Shown here: positions 20,658 through 31,726 of the stretch, one piece after another
How the letters are laid out: each line of letters begins with the position of its first letter
Numbering within the stretch: the stretch's first letter is position 1
Assembly: GCA_964608945.1 (NCBI GenBank)
Contig: CAZSQB010000001.1
Coordinates: 3,211 to 67,210, forward strand
Direction of reading: 5' to 3'
Length of the DNA: 64,000 nucleotides
From: an uncultured Gammaproteobacteria bacterium
GTDB lineage: Bacteria > Patescibacteriota > Microgenomatia > Levybacterales > UBA12049
Program-made: the position numbers and the translations under genes
Notes under the pieces: model-generated
Databases searched by the model: none
Seen by the model: only the letters and a program-made list of their open reading frames with translations
Told to the model about the DNA's origin: nothing

Positions 20658-21718
20658 ATATTGCTATTGATATATCGCCGCTTACAACCGGACACTATCT
20701 CAAGCATAGAGTGCGGGGGACTGGGTTTTATCTCGAAAACCTGCAGAAAAGTTTAAAAAAATATTTCCCGCAGCATACATACATGTCATTTCATCAGGGT
20801 TTGCAGGAACCAAAGAACGCTGACCTCGTTCATTATCCGTATTTTGAACCGTTTTTTCTTACCTTACCTCTTCTGAAACGTAAAAAGCGCGTTGTCACAG
20901 TTCATGATTTGACACCACTCGTTTTTCCGAAGCATTTCCCACCTGGCATAAAAGGAAATATCCGCTGGTGGATACAAAAAAAAGCGCTTGCTGGATCTGA
21001 TGCGATTATTACCGATTCTGAATCGTCAAAGAAAGATATTATCCGCTTTGTTGGCGTCCCGACTACAAAAGTTCACACAATATATCTGGCAGCAGGAAAG
21101 GAGTTTGGGCAAGTTGATAAGCGCAAAGCAAAAAACGCACTGCAGGACGAATATGGTCTTCCTGACAAATTTGCGCTGTATGTCGGAGATGCTACGTGGA
21201 ACAAAAATTTACCGAATTTGATAAAAGCAATAAAAAAAACTGACATTCCACTTGTTATGACTGGAAAGGCACTCGTTGATGCAAATATTGATCATAATAA
21301 TCCTTGGAACAGGGATTTGATAGAGGTGCAACAACTGGTGAAAGAAGATAGGCATATTGTGCGTTTGGGTTTTGTTCCGATTGATGATCTTGTCAGTCTG
21401 TATAATGCGGCAACGGTTTTTGTTATGCCATCCTCATATGAAGGATTTGGGCTTCCTGTCCTTGAGGCTATGCAGAGCGGATGTCCTGTTGTTACGAGTA
21501 GGAACGGCTCGATCCCCGAAATTGCTCAAGACGCAGTTTACTTTGTTGATGCTGATAACGATGAGAGTATTGCTGAGGGTATTTCGACTGTTTTTCATAG
21601 TGAAAAACTTCGTCATACGTTGAGTACGAAAGGGCTTGGGCAGGCAGCTTTGTTTTCATGGAAAAAATGCGCTTCACAAACTCTGGATGTATATAAAGCT
21701 GTATTAAAAACCTCATGA
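20654..21718 (+). CDS. GT4 glycosyltransferase (MtfB-like)
   Basis: TVHDLTP, KNL, PSSYEGFGLPVLEAM, FSWKK. Confidence 0.9.
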   Translation: MNIAIDISPLTTGHYLKHRVRGTGFYLENLQKSLKKYFPQHTYMSFHQGLQEPKNADLVHYPYFEPFFLTLPLLKRKKRVVTVHDLTPLVFPKHFPPGIKGNIRWWIQKKALAGSDAIITDSESSKKDIIRFVGVPTTKVHTIYLAAGKEFGQVDKRKAKNALQDEYGLPDKFALYVGDATWNKNLPNLIKAIKKTDIPLVMTGKALVDANIDHNNPWNRDLIEVQQLVKEDRHIVRLGFVPIDDLVSLYNAATVFVMPSSYEGFGLPVLEAMQSGCPVVTSRNGSIPEIAQDAVYFVDADNDESIAEGISTVFHSEKLRHTLSTKGLGQAALFSWKKCASQTLDVYKAVLKTS

Positions 21719-22959
21719 TTAAAACATTACTCTCTAATCGTTTCGTTCATGCAGCTTTGTGGATGTATGTCGCTGTTGGCGTTACAAGTATTGGGAATTA
21801 TATCTATCATCTTCTTATGGCGCGGATGCTCAATCCATCTTCTCTGCTTGGGGAACTAGAAGGCGTCATATCTTTTATGTATATTTTGTCTGTGCCTCTT
21901 CTTACTGTCTCGTTGGCAGTCGTTAAGTTTGTTTCTGTATATAAAGGGAAAAATAGAACTCAGGAAATAAGTGGTTTTTATTTTTTTCTTCGCAGTAAGG
22001 TGTTGCTTTTTGGTGGCGTTGCGAGTGTCATACTACTTCTTTTCTCGCCTTTTCTAAAAAGCTTCCTCCATCTTTCATCCTATTCTCTTGTTTTGTTGCT
22101 AGTTATTAATTTTGTTGTTGGGACATATGTTGTTGTTGGTCGGAGTATATTGCAGGGACTTTCGGATTTCTTTGGTTTTGCAATATCGACTAGTGTCGAA
22201 ACCATTGTCAAACTCGTCCTTGCAGTGTTACTGGTTTCTGTTGGTTTTAAAGTCGTTGGAGCGTTTGGAGCAATAATTATTGGGAGTGTCATTGGAGCGT
22301 TTGTTTTGTATGGCTTGCTGAAGTCGTTTCAGGCAAAATCTACGGAATTTATAGACGCATCGGCATTTTATCGGTACATAGTACCGGTATTTTTTACCAT
22401 GTTGGCTGTCACTTCTTTGTACTCAACTGATGTCATCTTGGTACGGCATTTTTTTCCGGGTAATCAGTCTGGTGATTATGCTGTGTTATCGATTATGGGT
22501 AAAGTTATCTTTTTTGCAGTATCTCCTATTTCTATAGTTTTGTTCCCATTGATATCTGAACGTCACACAAAAGGGGAAAAATATGATCGATTTTTGTGGA
22601 CAGGGTTTGGGTTGACTTTTGTAGGAGCTGCAATAATCACTGCGATTTATTTTTGGCAAGGAGAATTAATGATATTACTTTTGCCTGGAGAGAACTACCT
22701 GCATGTTGCTTCACTTTTGGGTCTTATGGGGATTTTTATTGGGTTCTATTCTCTCTGTGTTCTTATGGCGAATTTCTATCTTTCTATTCATAAAACGAGG
22801 CAAAATTTTTTTATTGTATCCGCAGCGATAGCGCAAATACTAGGCATCTATTTTTTTCATAGAGACCTGTCTCAGGTGATTCAGGTTTCTATTATCGTAT
22901 CGTTTGTACTCCTTATTTCCCTTTTGCTATACTACCCCTATGTTTGGGACAGGAAATAG
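21715..22959 (+). CDS. Wzx/MOP-family oligosaccharide flippase-like protein
   Basis: About 12 TM segments; NYIYHLLMARML, LQG, DVILVRHFF, GDYA, LFP pattern. Confidence 0.8.
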   Translation: MIKTLLSNRFVHAALWMYVAVGVTSIGNYIYHLLMARMLNPSSLLGELEGVISFMYILSVPLLTVSLAVVKFVSVYKGKNRTQEISGFYFFLRSKVLLFGGVASVILLLFSPFLKSFLHLSSYSLVLLLVINFVVGTYVVVGRSILQGLSDFFGFAISTSVETIVKLVLAVLLVSVGFKVVGAFGAIIIGSVIGAFVLYGLLKSFQAKSTEFIDASAFYRYIVPVFFTMLAVTSLYSTDVILVRHFFPGNQSGDYAVLSIMGKVIFFAVSPISIVLFPLISERHTKGEKYDRFLWTGFGLTFVGAAIITAIYFWQGELMILLLPGENYLHVASLLGLMGIFIGFYSLCVLMANFYLSIHKTRQNFFIVSAAIAQILGIYFFHRDLSQVIQVSIIVSFVLLISLLLYYPYVWDRK

Positions 22960-22974
22960 CCGCTTATTTTCTCT

Positions 22975-23775
22975 ATGAAAAAGAAGATGCATCTTATCTC
23001 CGTCATTATTCCTGCATACAAACAGGAAAAAACAATTAAAGATGATTTAATACGCATTAAACACGTCCTGGATCAACTCCGATATGATTATGAAATCATT
23101 CTTGTTGTCGATGGTAACGTTGATAAGACTTTGCAGAACGTCCAAAAAATGAAATTTAACAAAATTGTTGCAACTGGATACAACGTCAACAAAGGAAAAG
23201 GGCATGCTGTCAGATTTGGGATGGCAAAGGCAAAAGGAGATATTATCGCCTTCATTGACGCCGGTATGGATATAAATCCGAATGGACTTTCGATGCTCAT
23301 GGAACATTTTGAGTGGTACAATGCTGATATTATTGTAGGAAGTAAATTACATCCTGTATCAAAAGTTGACTATCCAGTTACGAGAAAGATCCTTTCTTGG
23401 GGGTATAGGACATTAGTAAGGTTGCTATTCGGCTTATCAGTCAGAGACACACAAGTGGGTATGAAATTTTTCAGAAAAAAAGTATTAGAAGATGTTCTTC
23501 CCCGACTGTTGGTAAAAACGTATGCGTTTGACATAGAAATTATTGCTGTTGCGCATTACTTAGGATACAAACGAATATTTGAAGCTCCCATCGAACTTGA
23601 TTTTACTGGCGTATCTTCAATAACCTCAAAAAATTTTTGGAACACTATCTTTTTTATGTTACGGGATACTATTGCTGTATTCTATAGATTGAAAATTTTG
23701 CATTATTATGACCGTGGTAACAGACGAAAATGGAAGTTTGATCCCGAGTTAAACTTTCGCATTAATGTTCCATAG
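22975..23775 (+). CDS. GT2 polyprenyl-phosphate glycosyltransferase (DPG/DPM synthase-like)
   Basis: IIPAYKQE, NKGKGHAV, FIDAG, RDTQVGMK, YAFDIE. Confidence 0.85.
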   Translation: MKKKMHLISVIIPAYKQEKTIKDDLIRIKHVLDQLRYDYEIILVVDGNVDKTLQNVQKMKFNKIVATGYNVNKGKGHAVRFGMAKAKGDIIAFIDAGMDINPNGLSMLMEHFEWYNADIIVGSKLHPVSKVDYPVTRKILSWGYRTLVRLLFGLSVRDTQVGMKFFRKKVLEDVLPRLLVKTYAFDIEIIAVAHYLGYKRIFEAPIELDFTGVSSITSKNFWNTIFFMLRDTIAVFYRLKILHYYDRGNRRKWKFDPELNFRINVP

Positions 23776-23785
23776 AAATTTTAAG

Positions 23786-25105
23786 ATGAAAAGATATCTT
23801 CATAGTATGCGATACGCTCTTCTCATCATTCTTGTGATCGGATTTTTGCTTCGATTGTACAACTTTACTGTATGGCCACGGCACGGAGCAACGTTTGATG
23901 AGTTTGCCTGGACATGGCTTGGCATAAATTTGATACAAAAAGGAGTACCTATTTCATGGTCCCCACATCCTCAGTATACATATCGCGAACACGTACGATA
24001 TCAAGGTGCGGCATTTTGGGTGGTAAAACCATACCTTGAGCACCCTCCTTTATTTGGACTAATAGCAGGATCTTTTTCTCTATTGAATGGTGCAAAAGAC
24101 ATGTACGAAGTAACGCTTCATACTATGCGACCTCTTGCGCTTCTTTTTGGCACGGTATCAATTCTCGCAATATTTCTTTTGATGAATCAACTATACGGCG
24201 TGTATGTTGGTTTATTGACTAGCTTATTATACGCTACAATCCCAACGATTGTGGTCGGATCTCGAATTGTCCAGAACGAGAATTTCTTGATACCAGTCTG
24301 GCTGTTTGCATTATTTTTTATCACTAAATACTTAAAAACCAATAAGAAAAGATACAGAAATATAGCAGCAATAATTGCTGGGTTATTATCGCTTGCAAAG
24401 GTACCATGGCTGGTTGCCGGTTTTTCGTTATCGATAATAATGGCATATAGGGGAAAATGGAAAGACACATTTATTGTAGGAAGCATTAGTTTTTTATTAT
24501 TTTCACTGTATATAATCTATGGAGTTTATTATGATAAAGAACTTTTCATAAAACTTTTACAACTTCAGACTGCGCGGTACGATATTAGTTTTAATGGTTT
24601 TTTCTCTATCTTCACCTCACCGCTACTTGTAGATAGGTACTATCTAGATGGATGGATTCTTTTTGGATGGATTGCAATAGCACTTCTTTTCAGAGATATA
24701 AAAAAGCATTTCTTAATTATTTTTCCATTCCTAGCATACTTAATAATTTATATAGCGGGAATACCTGACGAGCCAGGACATGGATGGTATCGGTATCCAT
24801 TTTATCCATTTTTGGTTGCAAGTATAGCATTGTTTCTTAAGGAATATTTTGTTAAAAATAGAATATTAACGTTTTTATTCCTAGTTTTTATTGGCTTTTC
24901 TCTATTTCATTCTTCTTGGGTGAATATGTTCGGTTTTTCTTATACTCTATATAGGTTGATTATTCTAGGATTTTTATTCGTGCTAACGCCATTATTTATA
25001 AAATCTAGTTCCCTCACAAAAATTACAAAAGTCATATCATACATCTGGCTTTTCTTTTTTATTCTTTTGAATATTTGGTCAGTAATACTCTATAATGAAC
25101 AATGA
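23786..25105 (+). CDS. GT-C (ArnT/PMT-like) membrane glycosyltransferase
   Basis: ATFDEF, YLEHPPL, GWYRYP; polytopic; start could be 23765, 23786 or 23807. Confidence 0.75.
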   Translation: MKRYLHSMRYALLIILVIGFLLRLYNFTVWPRHGATFDEFAWTWLGINLIQKGVPISWSPHPQYTYREHVRYQGAAFWVVKPYLEHPPLFGLIAGSFSLLNGAKDMYEVTLHTMRPLALLFGTVSILAIFLLMNQLYGVYVGLLTSLLYATIPTIVVGSRIVQNENFLIPVWLFALFFITKYLKTNKKRYRNIAAIIAGLLSLAKVPWLVAGFSLSIIMAYRGKWKDTFIVGSISFLLFSLYIIYGVYYDKELFIKLLQLQTARYDISFNGFFSIFTSPLLVDRYYLDGWILFGWIAIALLFRDIKKHFLIIFPFLAYLIIYIAGIPDEPGHGWYRYPFYPFLVASIALFLKEYFVKNRILTFLFLVFIGFSLFHSSWVNMFGFSYTLYRLIILGFLFVLTPLFIKSSSLTKITKVISYIWLFFFILLNIWSVILYNEQ

Positions 25106-26625
25106 GCTTTTTTCTTTTATTGCTATTTTCGTTTCCGCTCACTTTTGTTGCTTTTATCTATGAAAGTTATCCTCGTTTCATCAATAGAGAATTTGGGGTT
25201 GATATATGGACTCACCTTTTATATCTACAGGAGTATCATAAGCAGAAAGAGATACCAAAGAATATAGAAAATGGATTTCTCATTAAAGGAATCTATGATT
25301 ATCCCCCAGCATTTATTTTTATTCTTTCTAAATTTTCTTACCCACTCGTTGAAAAGTACGAATTCCTATTCTCGCCATTTTTTGATGCAATTCACCTTAC
25401 TATCATATTTTTTGCCTCATTTTATCTTACTGGAAATTTGTATATAGCATTTTTGGCGCAGGCACTCTATGTTCTAACACCTATAATAATTCTTGAAAAT
25501 GCAAGCGCAACACCGAGATCTTTAGGATATACACTTTTTACTATTGTGTTTATGAGTTTATTTTTTTACTCAGTTTATTCAAATATATTATTCCTTCCTA
25601 TTGCGTTTATCGCAGGAACATTCATATTTATTTCACATCGATTTACAACACAGGGATACCTTTTTTTTTCACTGTTTTTTACGATCATTACTAAAGATTT
25701 ATTGTATATCGGTGTGTTCATTTTTACATTTTTGACTGCAATTATCCTGACTAAGGGATTTTATGTAAAGGTTCTTAGAGGACATATAGGGAACTTGAAA
25801 TTTTGGTATAAAAATATTGATGTCAGATTTGCCCATCAAGTAAAAGGGAATTATAAAGAGCATAAAACAAAAGATTTTGTATTTCTAGTTTACAATGAAT
25901 TCTTGAAGTTTCCACCTTTTGTTCTCGCAATTACTAATCCCTGGACACTTCCCGTGCTTTTTGTCGCGATAGTATTTCAAGTTCCTTTTCTACAACTTCG
26001 ATCAGTGAATGATTATATCGGGATGTGGGTTCTTTTTTCGTATGTTCTGGCACTTCTGACAATTTGGGTGCCAAAACTTCGGTTTTTGGGAGAAGGGCAA
26101 AGGTATCTTGAATTGTCTGCATTTCCAACTGCCTTCCTCTCAGCTTCAATTCTTTTAGGAACTAATGGCGTTTTGAAACCAATATTCGTCGTGGTGTATA
26201 TCCTTATGGGAATTGGGGCATTTTTAACAGTTGTTGTCGTTCAACGAAAAGCAATTATTAAAGATACGCTTCGAAGTTTGACACCGGCAATGCAACAAAT
26301 GTTTCGTTATCTTAAGAATTTACAAGACAAGCCAAAGTTACTATGTATTCCTCATCAAATAACGACAAATACTATTTATCACACAGGATGTCAAGTCTTG
26401 GTAAATGCCGACTATACAAATATCGAAAAAATTTCAGATATCTATCCGTACATTAAAAAACCCATATCAGATATTATGAGCAAGTATAATTTGAATATGA
26501 TTTTATTAAATCAAGATTATGCCCAAATCTCCGATTTAAAAATAGCTCGTTATAGAATTATTAAACACTATGATAATTTTATTCTTATACAAGTTATAAA
26601 AACTGATAATCGGACTAATCGCTAA
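25102..26625 (+). CDS. Polytopic membrane protein, probable GT-C; paralog of 29416..30930
   Basis: YPRF, FGVDIW, YDYPP, TPRS, HRF, GEGQRYLE shared with the minus-strand paralog. Confidence 0.6.
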   Translation: MSFFLLLLFSFPLTFVAFIYESYPRFINREFGVDIWTHLLYLQEYHKQKEIPKNIENGFLIKGIYDYPPAFIFILSKFSYPLVEKYEFLFSPFFDAIHLTIIFFASFYLTGNLYIAFLAQALYVLTPIIILENASATPRSLGYTLFTIVFMSLFFYSVYSNILFLPIAFIAGTFIFISHRFTTQGYLFFSLFFTIITKDLLYIGVFIFTFLTAIILTKGFYVKVLRGHIGNLKFWYKNIDVRFAHQVKGNYKEHKTKDFVFLVYNEFLKFPPFVLAITNPWTLPVLFVAIVFQVPFLQLRSVNDYIGMWVLFSYVLALLTIWVPKLRFLGEGQRYLELSAFPTAFLSASILLGTNGVLKPIFVVVYILMGIGAFLTVVVVQRKAIIKDTLRSLTPAMQQMFRYLKNLQDKPKLLCIPHQITTNTIYHTGCQVLVNADYTNIEKISDIYPYIKKPISDIMSKYNLNMILLNQDYAQISDLKIARYRIIKHYDNFILIQVIKTDNRTNR

Positions 26626-26629
26626 CTTT

Positions 26630-28363
26630 ATGAAAATCAAAAAATTTATTAAATTTCTCAAGCTTCATAAATATATTTTTTTATTAACAATATTTTCATT
26701 TGGTTTTTTAGCAAGCGTCGTTCGGTATGGACTAAGAACGTACCAAATTCCAGTATGGGATGAGCAGCACTACATGCGTATGGCAACGGAGTTCTATAGA
26801 TTGCTTCAAAATCCAACACTTTCTACTCCAAGTGACATGCTGCAAGTTGTACCCTTCAGACAGCCAGGGTATCCTTTGCTCATGCAACCATTTTTATTTT
26901 TTTTTGGATTGTCAAACTCTTATTTTTGGGCACAGATAACCAATGGAGTTCTCTATGTTGTTAGTATTTTTGGGATATACTTTATTGCTAAAAACTACCT
27001 AAGTAAATTAGCTTCATTTTTAGCAGCGTTTATCTTTGCTTTTTATGGTTGGACTCTTCTTCATGTTCACCTTACCTATTCAGAAACAGCAACGTCTGCA
27101 ATGTCCATACTAACTATTTTATTTTTAATAAAATCCAATTATTTCCAAAATAGAAAATATTCTATTCTTTTTGGTATTTTTTTGGGCTTAGGACTTTTGG
27201 TAAAGTGGATAATCCTAGTATTTGTTTCAGGACCGCTGTTATATGTTTTGTATCACATTTTCAAAAAGCGCTTATTTACACACAAAGAGGTGTTACTCCA
27301 CGGAGTGACTGCAATCGTTATTGCGTTTGTATTATCTTTCTATCCCTATAGTAAGAATTCATATTGGATATTTAACTATTTTTACGGTCATAGAGTAGGT
27401 GGTCCCATGTGGCAAATAGTTCCAGAACAAGAAAGAAATCCTCTTTCAGTCTACTCTCTTACATTTTATCTAAATTCTTTTGCACAACTTGGTATTGTTC
27501 AGTTTATTTTATTTATTTCCGGATTTATCTTAGCCTTCAGACAGAAAAGCACGTTAAAGCCTATCTTCCTTACTGTAATAATCTCCTATATATTCTATTG
27601 CTATGCGCTATTAAAAGCAGAACGACACATTGTCCCCATTTTTCCATATCTTGCTATTTTGTCTGCTGGGGTATTTGATGCTATTAAACACACACGTTAT
27701 AAAACAATATTAGTCGTTGTTACTGTAGTAGTATCAACCTTTACATTCTTGGGAAGTGTATGGGGAAGAGGACCGATGAGGGAGAGTTTGTATGCACTTC
27801 CTCTTCAGCTTCCGTTTGGTCAGTGGAATAAAATATATCTTACTTCCATTTCCCGACCACCATATATTTATAAAATTAGCGGGAGGGAAGTTTTGGATTT
27901 TATCGCTGGAGATAGTAAAAGTAATGGGATAGTAGATCCGCAAATATTAGCCCTATTTTACTATCGTCCTCTTGATGAGCCTCTCATGGTTTACAATCTC
28001 TATAATCAGGAAAACCCATTACAGATTAATAATTATCTTGGAACAATCATTCAAGACCCAGAGAAGGAGTCAGGTATTCTTATACAACAAATATTTAAAA
28101 ATACTGATTATCTTTTAATAAAAAGTGGCAAAAAAACAGATGATTATTTTGCAGCGAACAATTATCAAACCTTAAAAGCACTAATTGCGTTATTTGATAA
28201 CCATGTTTCTCTTTCAGATTATTATGAAAAAAGGGCAGAGATTTGGATATATCAAGATAGTAGCATAGTAACAATATTAAAGAAAAAAAAGGAGATACCT
28301 GATGAAGAGTTGGAGAAAATGAAAGTAGAGTTTGTGAAGCTTTTGAGGGTAGAGAAAAAATAA
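26630..28363 (+). CDS. GT-C (ArnT-like) membrane glycosyltransferase
   Basis: PVWDEQHY, RQPGYP, GLGLLVKW, ERH-x-P. Confidence 0.75.
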   Translation: MKIKKFIKFLKLHKYIFLLTIFSFGFLASVVRYGLRTYQIPVWDEQHYMRMATEFYRLLQNPTLSTPSDMLQVVPFRQPGYPLLMQPFLFFFGLSNSYFWAQITNGVLYVVSIFGIYFIAKNYLSKLASFLAAFIFAFYGWTLLHVHLTYSETATSAMSILTILFLIKSNYFQNRKYSILFGIFLGLGLLVKWIILVFVSGPLLYVLYHIFKKRLFTHKEVLLHGVTAIVIAFVLSFYPYSKNSYWIFNYFYGHRVGGPMWQIVPEQERNPLSVYSLTFYLNSFAQLGIVQFILFISGFILAFRQKSTLKPIFLTVIISYIFYCYALLKAERHIVPIFPYLAILSAGVFDAIKHTRYKTILVVVTVVVSTFTFLGSVWGRGPMRESLYALPLQLPFGQWNKIYLTSISRPPYIYKISGREVLDFIAGDSKSNGIVDPQILALFYYRPLDEPLMVYNLYNQENPLQINNYLGTIIQDPEKESGILIQQIFKNTDYLLIKSGKKTDDYFAANNYQTLKALIALFDNHVSLSDYYEKRAEIWIYQDSSIVTILKKKKEIPDEELEKMKVEFVKLLRVEKK

Positions 28364-28438
28364 CTAAAATATTCACGACCTGAATGAAGATTGGCAATTC
28401 CACCTGATGATTTTAAGTGGTGCACATTTCAATGAGAA

Positions 28439-28463
28439 AACGATGCGTTCGGATCGCATCATT
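28439..28463. terminator. Possible intrinsic terminator hairpin
   Basis: GATGCG-7nt-CGCATC stem in an intergenic gap, extendable on the minus strand; short U-tract on the minus strand. Confidence 0.35.
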
Positions 28464-28651
28464 ATTAAATCAATTCTTTTCAAATTGACCGATAGAGTGA
28501 AGACATTTATGGATGATATACAATCTCTGTTTGACCACTTGTTAATTCTCTTGTAACAGGGGAAGAATTATAACATAAAATAAAATGTAATAAATGCGTT
28601 TTATGGAAATTTATAGCAGAGTATTATATACTTGCTCGTACTCTTCAGCAT

Positions 28652-29404
28652 ATGAGTTATTCATGGGAAATTTCATCATTTGATAGCGAAATCTTCGGAC
28701 AAAAAGTTGCAAGGATTACCTCTAATAACAAAGTGAAAACGCGTCTTCATAAAACACTTAAAAGTTTAATTGAAGATTTAAAAGAAAGTAAAATTTGGTA
28801 TGCAACATACAGAGTAAACGCTAACTTTTATCATATTATTCACGAACTTGAAAAGTACGATTTTTTGCTTGTTGATGGACTTATCACTTTGGAGACCATG
28901 CCTGATAATAAACAAATAGAATATCTGCCAAAACAAATACGACACGCAAAGACAAAAGACATTAAACAACTTTTAAAAATCTCAGGGTCAGTATTTGCTG
29001 TAACTCGCTATTACCATGATCCACTAATTCCTAAAGAGAAAGCAGATATTGTTTATCAAAAATGGGTTACTAATTCACTGAGCGAAAAATCATCAAAAAT
29101 GGTTTTGGTCTGGGAAAAAAATAAAAAAATCCTGGGACTTACGACTCTTGATAAAAAAGGACAGATTATTCTTCTTGGTGTATCTGAGAAAGTAAGAGGG
29201 AAAGGAATTGGTAGAGAACTCATCAAAGGAGCATTGAACAAGTTTAGAGAGTTAAAAAGAGAACGAGTAATCGTTGAAACACAGATTACGAATATTCCAG
29301 CCCTTCGACTTTATCAATCTTTGGGTTTTAAAATAATTGACTCGTTTTTGACATATCGATGGTATAGACCAGATAAACCTAAAGAAAATATTAACAAGAA
29401 ATAA
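28652..29404 (+). CDS. GNAT acetyltransferase, WecD/RffC-like (dTDP-4-amino-sugar N-acetyltransferase)
   Basis: FDSEIFG, TRYYHDP, RGKGIG, VETQITNIPALRLYQSLGF. Confidence 0.8.
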   Translation: MSYSWEISSFDSEIFGQKVARITSNNKVKTRLHKTLKSLIEDLKESKIWYATYRVNANFYHIIHELEKYDFLLVDGLITLETMPDNKQIEYLPKQIRHAKTKDIKQLLKISGSVFAVTRYYHDPLIPKEKADIVYQKWVTNSLSEKSSKMVLVWEKNKKILGLTTLDKKGQIILLGVSEKVRGKGIGRELIKGALNKFRELKRERVIVETQITNIPALRLYQSLGFKIIDSFLTYRWYRPDKPKENINKK

Positions 29405-29415
29405 TCATGTCGAAA

Positions 29416-30930
29416 TCAATTTCTGCTTTTCATTTCAAAATGTATGGCAACAAGTAAAATATCTCCTGATTTGTAGAGTATGTTTGGATATTTTATTTTG
29501 AGATCATTAAGGGTTGCATAACTTTCACGGAGAAGTAAGTAGTCGAGATTATATTCTCTCGAGAGCTCGGAGATAGATTTCTTAAGGACTGGATAGATAT
29601 CCGCAATTTTCATAAGACCTGCGTTATCTGCATTGACAAGTACATAGGCTTTTGTATTGTAAACTGTCATTGTAGTTATCTGATGCGGAATACATAAAAT
29701 TCGGGGTCTGCCAGGGAGCTTATTGATAAACGCATACATTTTAGTAAGCTCTTTTGTAAGTGATCGATTTTTATCTTTTATTATACCTTTTATCTGTAGT
29801 GCCAAAATCATAGCGAGATTGCCTAAGAGAACAATTAAAAAAACTATCAATACCGGTAATCCCCATTTCTCATAGCTGTAGTAGAAAAAAATGGCTGAAA
29901 GTATACTAGCCGGAACAGACGCCATCTCAAGATAGCGCTGTCCTTCACCAATTGGGATAAGTCGTTTTATACGTAAAATAATAGATCCAATAATATAAAA
30001 AAATACTATCCATAAACTCATTTTAAAAAAGATACTATTCTGAGGAAAACCAGAGGTTTTATTATAAAATATGTATAGATAGATAAAGGCAGAAAGTATC
30101 CAGCAGTTCGTTATAATAATCATAAGCGGCGACAATGCTGAAAGCAGTGGATAAATTTTCGCTACCCAGTCTTGTTTTTTCGGTTTCACATTTCCATATA
30201 TTTGATGAGCAAATCTAAATTCATAATTTTTTACCCAGAAATAAATGTTATACAGATGACCTTTGGCTACCCGTAAATAAAATCCATTTGTAAATAATAC
30301 AGCAGATATAAACGCAAATAAAAATGTCAATATGTATATGAGTGATTTATCAACAAAAGTAAAAAAGATTGAAATAAATAGAAGTGATTGGAGAGCAAAA
30401 CGATGGACTAGAAAAAGCATCGTACTAAACAAAAATCCAGCGAAGAGATAACGAAGGTCATTATTAATATGAAACATCATAAGAGGATAAAATGCTAAAG
30501 TAAACATGAAATAGCCAAATGATCGAGGAGTAAGATAACTATTCTCAATAGGAATTATGGGAATTGAAGCATATATTAATTGCGAAACAAGAGATATCGT
30601 CACATTCCCCGTTAGTTGGAATGTTATAGCATAAACAAGAATATTTTGTAAAATATCGAAAAATGGAGAAACGAATCCTTGTACTGAAAGTAAAAATTTT
30701 TTTGAGAAAAAAGAAAACAGCCAAGGAAAGATTATCGGATAATCAAAATATCCCTGAATAATAAAACCCTTCTTAATTTTACCTGGTATTCTACGCTTTG
30801 CTTTTTTAACATGTTCAATCTCAAGGAGTCTTGTCCAAACATCGACACCGAAATACCGATTAAAAAAACGCGGGTACGACTGAAGAAAGAAGCTGAAAAG
30901 TGGAATGATAAGCGCTAAAAAATAATGCAT
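29416..30930 (-). CDS. Polytopic membrane protein, probable GT-C; paralog of 25102..26625
   Basis: YPRF, FGVDVW, FDYP, TPRS, HRF, GEGQRYLE, LCIPHQIT. Confidence 0.6.
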   Translation of the reverse strand: MHYFLALIIPLFSFFLQSYPRFFNRYFGVDVWTRLLEIEHVKKAKRRIPGKIKKGFIIQGYFDYPIIFPWLFSFFSKKFLLSVQGFVSPFFDILQNILVYAITFQLTGNVTISLVSQLIYASIPIIPIENSYLTPRSFGYFMFTLAFYPLMMFHINNDLRYLFAGFLFSTMLFLVHRFALQSLLFISIFFTFVDKSLIYILTFLFAFISAVLFTNGFYLRVAKGHLYNIYFWVKNYEFRFAHQIYGNVKPKKQDWVAKIYPLLSALSPLMIIITNCWILSAFIYLYIFYNKTSGFPQNSIFFKMSLWIVFFYIIGSIILRIKRLIPIGEGQRYLEMASVPASILSAIFFYYSYEKWGLPVLIVFLIVLLGNLAMILALQIKGIIKDKNRSLTKELTKMYAFINKLPGRPRILCIPHQITTMTVYNTKAYVLVNADNAGLMKIADIYPVLKKSISELSREYNLDYLLLRESYATLNDLKIKYPNILYKSGDILLVAIHFEMKSRN

Positions 30931-31027
30931 GAGCTACATTTTATATTGATGAATTAAAAGTTATTATACAACAATTTTCTTGTGATATTGCCAAAAAAGA
31001 TTTTTTGCATTATCATGTTGAGAAATT

Positions 31028-31726
31028 ATGAATATACCAAAACCAATGTCATTTTCAGAGAAGGTTGATGTCACTGAGGCAAAAGGGGAACATAAGTTCT
31101 ACTATTCATTTACAAAAAATTATATAAAAGGTAAAAATGTTCTTAACATTGGATCATGGACAGGTCCATATGAATTACTCATTTATAACACTGCAGCATC
31201 TATTACTGCAACAGATATAGAGAAGAAAGCATTACGGGTACTCAAAAAAAAATTACCAAAAGTAAAAACTATTTATGCATTCTCACATAAGCTTCCCTTC
31301 AAGGATAATACATTTGATGTTGTAACGTTCTGGGACGTTATTGAACATATTCCTATTGGATATGAACTCACATCATTACAGGAAATTAATAGAGTCCTCA
31401 AAAAAAATGGATATTTTTTCCTCGCAACAGTAAGTAAGAATTTTTGGAGCGATTTATTAGATCCAGCATACTGGCTGGCAGGGCATAGGCATTATACAGA
31501 ACAACAATTACTTTCAATGCTTACTGATGCCGGGTTTCGAACTGAAAAATCGGTACAAGTCGGTTCTTTTTTTAGCTCTTTTTATGCTTTGAGCTTCTAC
31601 TTTTTTAAACATATTCTCAGAATGAAGATGCCAACAATACAGTATGTTGAGGAAAGAATGGAGAAAAATATCTCTTCACCAGGATATATACAAATCGCAA
31701 TTAGGGCAAAAAAAGTTTATAGATAA
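31028..31726 (+). CDS. Class I SAM-dependent methyltransferase
   Basis: VLNIGSWTG, LPFKDNTFDVV, DVIEHI, RVLKKNG. Confidence 0.85.
   Translation: MNIPKPMSFSEKVDVTEAKGEHKFYYSFTKNYIKGKNVLNIGSWTGPYELLIYNTAASITATDIEKKALRVLKKKLPKVKTIYAFSHKLPFKDNTFDVVTFWDVIEHIPIGYELTSLQEINRVLKKNGYFFLATVSKNFWSDLLDPAYWLAGHRHYTEQQLLSMLTDAGFRTEKSVQVGSFFSSFYALSFYFFKHILRMKMPTIQYVEERMEKNISSPGYIQIAIRAKKVYR

Noticed and set aside
28368-28556. About 62-codon open frame on the + strand of the intergenic gap
   Set aside because: No recognisable similarity, no convincing start context, and it overlaps the hairpin.
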